A stretch of DNA of 50,119 nt from Nemertoderma westbladi (GCA_032718475.1 JAUCBJ010000711.1:1-50119), one strand, 5' to 3'; shown: positions 11,645 to 21,229, numbered from the stretch's first letter. A program made the numbers and translations. The notes: a model not told the origin generated them from the letters alone.

Positions 11645-14600
11645 TTAAAAACGGCACGGTCTTACTCCCCTACCCGCTCTGGTATTTAGATATCCTTCAT
11701 GCGTCATACTATGACTAGTATTAGAGTTATGCATACTACTGGATGGACGGACTTCAGCACTGAGCTTATACTGTGGGGTTTGATAAATATCTGAACGGTT
11801 CTTCCATAGTGTACATTTTATTCCTACAGGCCAGAAATCATCCCCCATTAGCTTTAGAGCAAATCTGCCATCAAGGATAATTTTCATGTTCTTTACTCCT
11901 CTATAAATTCGCGTAGTAATTCTATGTAAGCTGATATGATGTGACCTGAGGTAGTTGACGATATCTTCTTCAGACAGTGCCTTCTCTATACCATTGACAA
12001 ATAAAGTAACATAATTGATTCTATCACTGGGCATCAAATCGCATCTGAAATCGATTGCAAGCTTACTATGGACATTAGAAGTAGAGTCATTTCTGTGATG
12101 GTTTGCATGGTTGACTATGGGCTTTTTCACAAAAGCGTTCTTCCTATGTTGTCGCAAATGTTGACCTTTGGGAAAAGTAGATATATTATCGTTGCGGGTT
12201 ACAAAGTCAGATTTCTGATTTTGCTTCACAACAAAGGGTCTGTTATCTTTGGAAGGAATGGTTTGCTGATAAAAACACTGATCCATCGTTTCTGTAGATG
12301 TATCATCATTAAGAGGGGAGAACCTGTTATACAGTTGTGATTTGTCCTTACCAGTCATGTTCTCCAGTGGAGCTCTATAGGAAGTGAGATTGCACAACCT
12401 TGAGGGATGTGGAGCCAGTTTTGTATTCCAAGGTACATCATCGGGTATGTTTGTAGTTACTGCGGGAGTGGGAATGCATTTGTTACTCACATCATTTACG
12501 GGATCCTCAGAAATTTGAATGCTTGACTTATTTATGTCAAGGCCCTCATACATATTCACACTTAAATCACCTGCGTCATCCACAGTGATGTAAGAATCTG
12601 ATTCATCATTTTCTGTTGGTAATTCAAGGCCACAGTTTTGATCCAGTGAAGATACGAGGGGATTTTTAGAGGATAAGATAGAGTCCAGCTGGTACTGTAT
12701 GCCTAATCTAGTTCGCCTTTCATGATGCATTTCTTCATTAAGGTTGTGAAGTTCCTGCTTCAGTAGATCATGGCTGTGCTCCATCTTACTAAGCCGACTC
12801 TGCAGGACAACTATGGTGTTTAGAAAGTCACGTTTCATTTGCTCAAATGACATGTCTCCTTGATCAGGATGTTCTTGTGTGCGTTTTAGCCGCTTCTTAC
12901 ATGACTCCGTGAATGTTTTCTCTTCAAGACAGCGATGCAATTCAAAGATGTCTATCGCCATTTCATTTGCCGACGCTCTATTACGACACCCTAGGGAAGC
13001 ACAGTTTACAGGAGACATCAGTTTACGAGTTTTTTCTAAAAGTAGATCCCGCAGTAGCTGTCTTTTTTCCATTGAGAGCATTGAAATGAGCCTGATAGCC
13101 TCTTTTCGCGGGTTTTGCATCATTTGGTGGAGAAACGCACCGTCAGATATGTCTATCATTTCCTGATTCCCTTGTTGTCCATTTAGTGCTATAAAGTTTG
13201 AAGGGAGTAGTTGATTATAGATCTGAGTATCATGTACAAGTTTGAACTGATCGATACAATCATAGAGCCATTTGCGGCACTTCAAGCTATCTGTAAGGTA
13301 AGACAGAGCACTGAAGTTGCCATGCGCTGTTGCAAGTGCAAAGAAACAGACATATACACCACAGTCATAGGTGTTTGTTTGCTTTGGGATTGGTTGAGGA
13401 CAGACAGTGACGTGCCATTTGCTGTTAGATATGCTCGAGGTTTCTCTGTTGCGTCCATTAGGGAGAAGGCGGTCAATTTCATCCAAAACTTTTACAATTT
13501 CACACGTAGTTCTAGATGGCATAATGTTGTCAGATTTCAAAGAGGAAAAGCGATATACTTCTTTAGTAATAGAATTGGCTATGTGAATGACAAAGTGGTG
13601 GTTTATACATTCAGGAAAGAACAGCCACTCTGGTGGAGATGATTTGTTGGATCCAAGGTACCGTTTGGCGATATATTTTACAGCACATAACGTATCATAC
13701 TCTTTATTCTGCAGAAGTGTGGTGAGCTGGATGGGAACAGATGTGCAGTGACTGACATTCGTTTCAACTAGCCCCAGGAAGCAGTCTAAAACAGCATCAT
13801 TAAGCCATGCAGCAGGCTGCAGGCATTTTAGATCATCTGGGGTAGGAATAATTCGCGGCAGAGGAATGTTTGAAGCCCCTATATTAGAAAGGTAAACAGA
13901 AATCTCAGTAGCTGACTCACCCTTAAATTTCTCTGCAGGCATTTTTATTTTTGTGGGCGTAATTTCACTAACAGGGCCCTGTGCAATATTGTTAGTATGG
14001 ATTTTAGAGATATTTACACAATCATTATCTATAGTTGGTCTAAAAAAGTCCGTAACTTTCCTACATTGTATATTGCATAGAGTTACATTGTCCTCCAAGT
14101 CCTTACTGATTTCGGATCCTTTCACAGTCATGGATTCCGCGAGTCCCCCTGGGGGTTCTCTGGGTCCCCCCATGGTCGTCCCGGGTTTGCTGGATCCCAC
14201 TGTGTTTATCCCGGATTTGACTGGTCTGCGTGGGGCTGACCCGGGTTCGCTGGGTCCCCCCATGGTCATCCTGGGTTCCCCTGATCCCCCTGTGGAGTAT
14301 GTTGGCTTCGGTTTGGACGCGGCGCTGCATCCCGACTCGTCTCCAGTCGCCATGGAGACAATAGACTTCGTAGTATTGTCTATTGGTTTCGATTGGGACG
14401 CACTGCTGCGTTCCGACTCGTCTCCAGTCGCCATGGAGACAATAGACTTTGTAGTATTGTTTTTTGGTATCAGCCGGGACGCATCGCTGTGTTCCGACTC
14501 GTATCCAGTCGCCATGGAGACAATAGACTTCGTAGTAGAGTCTGTTGGCTTCAGTTGGGACACACCGCTGCGTTCCGGATCGTCTCCAGTCGCCATGGAG

Positions 14601-15757
14601 ACAATATACTTCGTAGTAGAGTTTGTTGGAGTCGATTTGGACGCACCGCTGCTTTTCGACTCGTCCCCAGTTGCCATGGAGACAACAGACTTCGTAGTAG
14701 CCTCTGTTGGTTTCGGTTGGGACGCACCGCTGCGTTTCGACTCGTCTCCAGTCGCCATGGAGACAATAGACTTCGTAGTAATAGAGTCTGTTTGTTTCGG
14801 TTTGGAAGCACCGCTGCGTTCCGACTCGTCTCCAGTCGCTGTGGAGACAATAGACTTCGTAGTAGAGTCTGTTGGAAACGGTTCGGACGCATTGCTGTGT
14901 TTCGACTCATCTCTAGTTGCCATGGAGACAGTAGACTTCGTAGTAGTAGAGTCTGTTGGTTTCGGTTGGGACGCACAGCTGCGTTCCGACTCGTCTCCAG
15001 TCGCCATGGAGACAATATACTTCGTAGAAAAGTCTGTTGGAATCGGTTTCGACGCACCGCTGCGTTTCGACTCGTCTCCAGTCGCCATGGAGACAATAGA
15101 CTTCGTAGTAATGGAGTCTGTTGGTTTCGGTTGGGACGCACCGCTGCGTTCCGACTCGTCTCCAGTCGGCATGGAGACAATAGACTTCGTAGTAGAGTCT
15201 GTTGGAAACGGTTCGGACGCATTGCTGCGTTTCGACTCGTCTCCAGTTGCCATGGAGACAGTAGACTTTGTAGTAGAGTCTGTTTGCTTCGGGTGGTACG
15301 CACCGCTGCGTTTTGACTCGTCTCCAGTTGACATGGAGACAGAAGACTTCGTAGTATTGTCTGTTGGTTTCGGTTGGGACGAACCGTTGCATTCCGACTT
15401 GTCTCCAGTCGCCATGGAAACAATGGACTTCGTAGTAGAGTCTGTTGGAAACGGTTGCGACGCACCACTGCGTTTCGACTCGTCTCCAATCGCCCCAGTG
15501 GGAAACTCTACAGAGACCGCTATTTGAGACACACTCACCGTTTCTCCCGCCATCCTGGCAGATGGCTCCGTAGAACCAGCTTGTAGTTTGGTGTGTACGG
15601 ATGTGTTTTGTTCGGAGTTTATGCTCATCTCGACCTTCGGAATATTCTTACATCTTCCTTGTTTCTTCGGTAAACAACTGGTACATACCAGGCCTCGGTG
15701 AAAGCAAACGCAGTTGGAACACGATCCTGCTCGGTTACACTTGCAACAGGGTGCCAT
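11645..15757 (-). CDS. LINE ORF1 (1370 aa): CXC-like Cys cluster, 27/28-aa Ser/Thr repeats, Ulp1/C48-like peptidase, coiled coil, RRM-like domain
   Basis: First ATG at 15757 in GTA-ATG-G context (the track start at 15796 is TTG). N-terminal CCKC..SCSNCVC..CTSC..CKN. Peptidase motifs WLNDAVLDCFL / NHHF / PKQTNTYDCGVYVC. Heptad-rich IVVLQSRLSKMEHSHDLLKQELHNLNEE. C-terminal TLFVNGIEKALSEEDIVNYL...FWPVGIKC, typical of CR1/L2/RTEX-type ORF1s. Confidence 0.92.
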   Translation of the reverse strand: MAPCCKCNRAGSCSNCVCFHRGLVCTSCLPKKQGRCKNIPKVEMSINSEQNTSVHTKLQAGSTEPSARMAGETVSVSQIAVSVEFPTGAIGDESKRSGASQPFPTDSTTKSIVSMATGDKSECNGSSQPKPTDNTTKSSVSMSTGDESKRSGAYHPKQTDSTTKSTVSMATGDESKRSNASEPFPTDSTTKSIVSMPTGDESERSGASQPKPTDSITTKSIVSMATGDESKRSGASKPIPTDFSTKYIVSMATGDESERSCASQPKPTDSTTTKSTVSMATRDESKHSNASEPFPTDSTTKSIVSTATGDESERSGASKPKQTDSITTKSIVSMATGDESKRSGASQPKPTEATTKSVVSMATGDESKSSGASKSTPTNSTTKYIVSMATGDDPERSGVSQLKPTDSTTKSIVSMATGYESEHSDASRLIPKNNTTKSIVSMATGDESERSSASQSKPIDNTTKSIVSMATGDESGCSAASKPKPTYSTGGSGEPRMTMGGPSEPGSAPRRPVKSGINTVGSSKPGTTMGGPREPPGGLAESMTVKGSEISKDLEDNVTLCNIQCRKVTDFFRPTIDNDCVNISKIHTNNIAQGPVSEITPTKIKMPAEKFKGESATEISVYLSNIGASNIPLPRIIPTPDDLKCLQPAAWLNDAVLDCFLGLVETNVSHCTSVPIQLTTLLQNKEYDTLCAVKYIAKRYLGSNKSSPPEWLFFPECINHHFVIHIANSITKEVYRFSSLKSDNIMPSRTTCEIVKVLDEIDRLLPNGRNRETSSISNSKWHVTVCPQPIPKQTNTYDCGVYVCFFALATAHGNFSALSYLTDSLKCRKWLYDCIDQFKLVHDTQIYNQLLPSNFIALNGQQGNQEMIDISDGAFLHQMMQNPRKEAIRLISMLSMEKRQLLRDLLLEKTRKLMSPVNCASLGCRNRASANEMAIDIFELHRCLEEKTFTESCKKRLKRTQEHPDQGDMSFEQMKRDFLNTIVVLQSRLSKMEHSHDLLKQELHNLNEEMHHERRTRLGIQYQLDSILSSKNPLVSSLDQNCGLELPTENDESDSYITVDDAGDLSVNMYEGLDINKSSIQISEDPVNDVSNKCIPTPAVTTNIPDDVPWNTKLAPHPSRLCNLTSYRAPLENMTGKDKSQLYNRFSPLNDDTSTETMDQCFYQQTIPSKDNRPFVVKQNQKSDFVTRNDNISTFPKGQHLRQHRKNAFVKKPIVNHANHHRNDSTSNVHSKLAIDFRCDLMPSDRINYVTLFVNGIEKALSEEDIVNYLRSHHISLHRITTRIYRGVKNMKIILDGRFALKLMGDDFWPVGIKCTLWKNRSDIYQTPQYKLSAEVRPSSSMHNSNTSHSMTHEGYLNTRAGRGVRPCRF
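13250..13840 (-). other. Ulp1/SENP-like (peptidase C48) domain within ORF1
   Basis: DDLKCLQPAAWLNDAVLD, then FFPECINHHFVI (His codon 13595-13597), YRFSSL, and PKQTNTYDCG (Cys codon 13361-13363). Order and spacing match the C48 motifs. Confidence 0.85.
14290..15495 (-). repeat. Coding tandem repeat inside ORF1, 81/84-bp unit, about 15 copies
   Basis: Protein unit ATGDES(K/E)RSGASQPKPTDS(T)TKSIVSM. DNA period is 81 (CTCCAGTCGCCATGGAGAC at 14341 and 14422); length variants are +3 nt. Confidence 0.97.
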
Positions 15758-15830
15758 TACATTCGATTTAAACGAATTTCGAGATAGCGGCGCCAAGCAG
15801 TCTGGCAGTCGTTGCCGATATATCTTATAG

Positions 15831-16012
15831 TATTAGGCCTATGTCAGTCTATATATATGTCAGTATAGACTACAATGAAATGTGTACAAGTTTGGTTCCA
15901 TTTTCTCAAAATTGACAGACTTATTAGCGTTCCAACATTTTCGACAACGACAACGACGACGACATACGTTTCCTCTAATTATGATATCCCTACGCTACGG
16001 CTGCCCTGGACT
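15831..16012 (-). mobile_element. 5' part of a non-autonomous Helentron/HINE (pearl-like) element
   Basis: Reading minus: CCAGGG terminus, a (GTC/GTT)n microsatellite (15942-15963), then GCTAATAAGTCTGTC (13/15 identical to GCTAATAACTTTGTC at 26601-26615) and AAACTTGTA. Same order of parts as the element at 26445. Confidence 0.55.
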
Positions 16013-16487
16013 TACGTGACCCCACAGTACCGGTATTGATTAGTTTAATTCTGTAATTAGTTATACTTTGGGACGTCACTCTAGTCACCTGCGTGTTTCT
16101 GATAGGTTAATAATTGTAGCCGTTCTACTTCATTTAATGTCAATTTTCTCGCGGAATTCATTCAGTCAATTATTGTGGACTCCAGAGACCTTGTGCGATA
16201 CCGGCAGTATGAATGGCTGCGTGACTGTGACAAACTTCTGCAAAACTGAAAGTATATGACTGCAGGACATGTACCGGTAGCGATTCTGTGTCTATATTCC
16301 CTACAACGTAAGAAGCTGTCTAGAGGTAAGACTGTAGGTAACGTACCGGTAATCAGTACCGGAAGGCGAGTTATCTAGTTTAATATTAATAGTCATCACT
16401 CATCATACTGCCATGTCGAATATACCGGTACGAATTATTTTTTCGATTTCTGTATGATTTTGTCGCCATGCGCAAAATTTTAGTGGC

Positions 16488-16499
16488 TGCGCATGCGCA
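16488..16499. promoter_or_regulatory. NRF1/EWG-type palindromic site, candidate promoter element
   Basis: Perfect TGCGCATGCGCA palindrome, with a further half-site CATGCGCA near 16467-16474, about 130-140 bp upstream of the candidate first coding exon. Confidence 0.45.
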
Positions 16500-16631
16500 A
16501 CTTTCTAGTCAATTTTGAGCGACAACCCTGCCTATGTAATGTAAAACCTTTATAATTCATTATACTGGTCGATTATTAGTTTAACCTCTTATATCATTCT
16601 TCTATAATCAATATCGTTTTGAAAGAAATTA

Positions 16632-16665
16632 ATGTACGCAATGGCTGATAAATTCTACTACAGAG
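16632..16665 (+). CDS. Candidate first coding exon (MYAMADKFYYR, phase 1) of a Pro/His-rich host gene
   Basis: In-frame ATGs at 16632 and 16641 and a consensus donor GAG|GTAAGT at 16665/16666. The phase-1 end matches the phase-1 start of the exon at 18549. Confidence 0.5.
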
Positions 16666-17114
16666 GTAAGTTGCGATACATTTTTTCTGCACAGTACACA
16701 GTAAAGGAGGGGGGGGGGGGGGGGGGGGGGGGGTTGCCAATCAAATACTTCTGTGCTCATAGTCAAAGTTCGGTTGTCGGTTGAAAACACAGAGGTGCTT
16801 CTTTTTAGCTTTTTTACACGGTGAGCAAGTGTCTAAAAAACGAATTTCCTTTTATTTTTTCTTGTTGTTAACTTTATCTCCAACATAACCGCCTAACATT
16901 TTTAACAGTTCACACAATTTTATTGATAGTGCTGCTCTGCACTAGTCTAAGCAAGTAGCGTACTGTAATGCCTTCCTGGATAAGCCACACTGCTTTGCCC
17001 ATTCACAACCTTTCACAAAGTGTGATTTTTGTAGTTGATTAAGCAAATTTAGTAGATATAAATTTTTCAGAAACATCCCGTGTATCCATTATTAAATTTG
17101 CTTATTATTTATTA

Positions 17115-17406
17115 TAGCCCCCCCCCCCCCCCCCCCCCCACACGGAGCAACTTATTTCTCCAAGTTGTTTTTGAAACTTGCTGCTGGACCCCCTCACACA
17201 GAGAAACAAGTTGCTGCAACTTGTTTCTGCTTGTGAGGGAGTCCAGCAACAAGTTGCGAAGTTATATTCCCAGCAACGTTTTTAAAAACTTTTATTACAT
17301 CCCATTTTTACTAGCTAATTTTCGATAATTTCTGTGTGTGAGGGGGTCCAGCAACAAGTTTCAAAAACAAGTTGCAGAAACAATTTGCTCCGTGTGAGGG
17401 GAGCCA
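17115..17406. mobile_element. MITE with long terminal inverted repeats (possibly PIF/Harbinger-like), intronic
   Basis: Left CACACGGAGCAACTTATTTCTCCAAGTTGTTTTTGAAACTTGCTGCTGGACCCCCTCACACAGAGAAA matches the reverse complement of 17328-17397 with few mismatches. TA flanks both sides, the left end carries an expanded C22 tract, and there is an internal palindrome at ~17201-17229. Superfamily is uncertain. Confidence 0.85.
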
Positions 17407-18548
17407 TAGTTATAGCAATGAAATTATTAATTATTATTAATTCGTTACCCTAAAACAGACAACTAATTATTAAAAAACTATCTTCTAAAAAATACTAGCT
17501 ATAGCCCTATAATATAAGAAATAATAGTTAGCCTCGCCTCAATCTTTCAGAACGATAACTACATTCAAAAACACTCATAAAATTCCTCGAAAAATTATTA
17601 CATTAAAAAATCACAGCTATATAAAATATGATTTGTTAAGTCTCAACATGCATTGTATCAATTTTTATAAGACACTAAATAATGAACCGTTGAAATTTTT
17701 AATAAATATGGGGGGGGGGGGGGGTGGTAATGCCACGTTATGTGCATAACTGGCTTCAAATAATATTAAAAAATTCCGAGGTAACGTGTGCACAGTGCAT
17801 ATTACATTGAGTTACTCATGGTTACATTAATTCGAAGTTTGAGTCATAGTTGGGGCCTAATTATATTCAAATATACGTCACATTTAATGTTTTATTGTTC
17901 TCAGGGAGGACACAGGTTATATTTTATGTGGACCCTTTTTGATTTTACCAAAATATTGAGGAGCGAGCCGTGAAGTTAGCGAGCTCCGCGTGCAGGTATA
18001 TACTACTATTCCAACAATAATATTTCTGTGTATTTATTTATATGTCTAATATTTCAGTGTTTATTTCTTAGTAACTCTCAGCTTTCTTTAACGGAAACTT
18101 CTTTTATGAAAAAAAGTTTATAAAGTTTACATAGGTAGACTTATTACGACCTGTATCGTACGTTACTAGATGGCCAATATATTTGAGTTAGTGTTCGAAT
18201 TCGTTGGAGCTCACAATTGTTATATAATTACCGGTATGTACTTGAGCTGACACTTGACAGATATTGACTAAGACCTTTTGACTGAGTCTTTCTGAGGGCT
18301 TGTTGTTCCCAGTGTAGTTCTCATGTCTGCTACTGAAGGCGAACTTCATCAAGGGAGAACTACACATTGTTTATATTTTTAATCTTAAAGAAATTTCTAT
18401 ATTTAAGTTTACATAAATTTATCTCACGTGCTTATGTTGTCCCCCAATCTGTGTCATGTATTTGTGGTATGCTTGTTACACAGTACAGAGTACATTATAT
18501 ATTAAGTTTATTTTCCATAAATTATTGAGTCGCTTTTGCTTTATTTAG

Positions 18549-18787
18549 CGGCCTACCCTGCATACCTTCCAGTGGTACCTCAACCCCACCATCACTACCA
18601 CCACCCCGTACCACCCCACCACCCCCCACACGCCGCCGTTCTTCCTATGATGTACGTACCCATGGTGGGGGTACCAGCGGTTCCATTCCACCCAGCTATG
18701 GCGCCCCACTTTCCTCCCCCTCCATACGAACACCCCCGCGGGCCAGCTTCCTTCCATCCACACCACAACCTGTCCCATCATTCCCCG
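18549..18787 (+). CDS. Internal exon of a Pro/His-rich protein with a PPxY motif
   Basis: Acceptor ttttgctttatttAG|, donor CCG|GTAAGT, and a GC-rich island in AT-rich DNA. Translation AYPAYLPVVPQPHHHYHHP...FPPPPYEHP...HHSP, phase 1 to phase 0. Confidence 0.8.
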
Positions 18788-21229
18788 GTAAGTGTTTAAG
18801 ATAAATAATCGTAGTGTTAGAAAATTCGACATAAAGTAACTTAAATATTGTGACTTATAGTATTATATATAGTACTTATAGATACAAATTTTAAATATTG
18901 TGTCTGTGTATATACTATGTGTATATATATACGATAATACGCTAGCGAGATTAATTGCCAATAGGTAATATAGGAAATTGCTACCGCATAGCCAGGTGTA
19001 AAATATCATTCATGTCATACTTATCTTACAATACGGTAATAAACAGCTCTTAAATTTCCATTATCCTGTCCATGCGATTCGCTTCTCATTGTATTGCACT
19101 ATTGCAACCTCTCATCATTGATGGAGACAGACAAACTAACAGCAATCGCACATAATTTATTTGTTTGATAGTCAGTCACCAGCATTTACAGTTGATAAAT
19201 GGCATTGTCAGCGAATCGATTTTTTCGCTTTATTTCTGCTTGTAGACACAATGTTGGCATTCATCTTAGCTTTAACACGTGTCCGTTCCTCACAGTGCCT
19301 CGCCTCCAATAATAACTAATTAGCATCCCAATGCGTACGATTTCTTTCTTGTATCAACTGATTGCAGCTTGTTTGAAACAGCTGTCCTACAGCATGTTGC
19401 ATCATCCATCATTTAGCTGCACAGATTGCGCGGTGGTAATTTTAATTAATCGCCGCTCTCAAACCTATTGTAAATTTCAAGATGTTGGTTTCCCTTGTCA
19501 CGATGGGGGGAGGGGGGGGGGGGGGGGAATAAACTTTATAATTCTTACTCTCTTAGTATTTGAAACCGCTTAAAAATAGCAAATTATGTCTTTAAATGCG
19601 AACGAGTATAATATTACATACAGTTCGTTGGCGCAAATTGATCCAAATGAAATAAATTTAAAATTTCGTTTGTTGTTTTGGTTAGAAAACGCCGCCTTGG
19701 TAACATGCTCCTTTCCCTTGTTTTCAATTTTGTAAACGCATAGTTGGTGTTTGTGGTCATTTAGAAAATTCTCTAACATTTTCAGGGCTTTTGGGGTCAC
19801 TGAGTTCAATGCTAGCAACGCAACAAACATCCCCATTAGTATATCGGCATTCCAAAATACACATTTTAGTAAGCACATCGAATATTGGGATCTCTAACGC
19901 ACATGTGAATAATTAGTACCAGGTTTTTACTTTTCAGTCGAATCGAAATTTTATTGAATTTTTATATTGGAATAATTTTTTTAAAATTTATCCTTTATTT
20001 GTGTTTTGGAATTCTTATTATCTTATAAGCTGTAGAGGATACTAATTCGTTTATAGTTTTGGTTAGTTTTAGCCCTTTTGTAGCAGCTTTGTGTTTTTAG
20101 TGAAAACGTGGTATTCTTCACATTAGGGTAACTGCAAAATGAAATATAACATCAGAAACTCTGGTGTACTTCACATGTGCCAGGGCAAATGGCTTTCAAT
20201 TTGAAATTGTATTTACATTTTTAACGTAGCCTTGCTGTTTCCACGGGATGTAATAAAAATACAAACAAAAAAGAACAAATCAAAAACTCTTGAAAGGAAA
20301 ACTCGTTAAAACAGATAATATTGAGATGCCGCACGATTATTACATTCAAGAAGATTTAATGTGTCTAACAGACGCCCAGACCAGTGGGGTATAGTTTTAC
20401 ATTTACTTTCTCTTCGCACCTTCAATGTTGTTGCTGATTTTTATGATTCCAGAAGGAGAAAAGCAGTTAGAATTACCCCGACGTAATCCATTTAATTGGT
20501 TTCTCGCAATCGTAATCTTTGATGATACGTAATCCACGTCAGTAATTTATTAATGCCCAATTATTCACATTGATACAAGTGTAGTAGTGCAAGTACAGTG
20601 AGTTTCATCATACCGCCCCGCCGCAAGCATTATGGTCAGCATCATGTGACTGGTAATGTTTGTTTGCTTTCTACGTATTAGGGTGCCCTGGAAAACCGCA
20701 GATGTTCTTGAATTATAATGACATCACAATACTTTGTACGTTCACTACCCTTACTGCAGTGTGTGCATGTATAATAATGTAACTGGCAGATCTCCGCTCT
20801 GTACACCGAAGTTGGATCGATGTATCATAATGGAGTCATTACAATGATGACATATGCTGTTTTTAGAACACAATGTTCTTTGAAGGACTGTTATGTTATA
20901 AAAATGTTATAAAAATGGTGTTATTGGCTCGAGTTTCTTATATGAAGCCGAATAGAACAATACAATGAAATTGACCAGATATCAAGGTGAACCGTATTCC
21001 AATCCATCGCGCCCCTGGTATAGAGTGTGGCCATTCTTCAGATTAGTTTCAATATCATAATATGTTTATATCGAATTAGAAAGCATTATAGGCGACGGGT
21101 TGTTGGACTATCTACACATTTTCAACTTGTATTCCAGAAAATATCACATTGATTTATTATTGGGTTTCAGTAGGGTGTTTTTATTTAATTTAATTTCATG
21201 TAATCTTACAATTTCCTTTCTATAAATCC

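Larger units (their letters stand above)
8314..15830 (-). mobile_element. Apparently full-length two-ORF APE-type LINE, RTEX/Proto2-like
   Basis: Two long uninterrupted ORFs on the minus strand, a short 5' leader, and a ~170-bp 3' UTR with a small CCGG-ctcgt-CCGG stem (8339-8351) ending in T12 then A12 (the A-tail is 8314-8325 on minus). Exact ends and TSD are uncertain; the clade call is by motif resemblance only. Confidence 0.93.

Noticed and set aside
13953-15586. Antisense and alternate-frame ORFs (524, 307, 312, 159 aa) over the ORF1 repeats
   Set aside because: Largely confined to the 81-bp repeat tract; expected shadows of a stop-poor repeated unit.
15758-15796. ORF1 start as given in the track
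   Set aside because: It is a TTG; the first ATG, in good context, is at 15757.
16300-16331. Alternative donor GAG|GTAAGA as a further exon
   Set aside because: No matching acceptor or reading frame could be supported; it could be a UTR exon but is untestable here.
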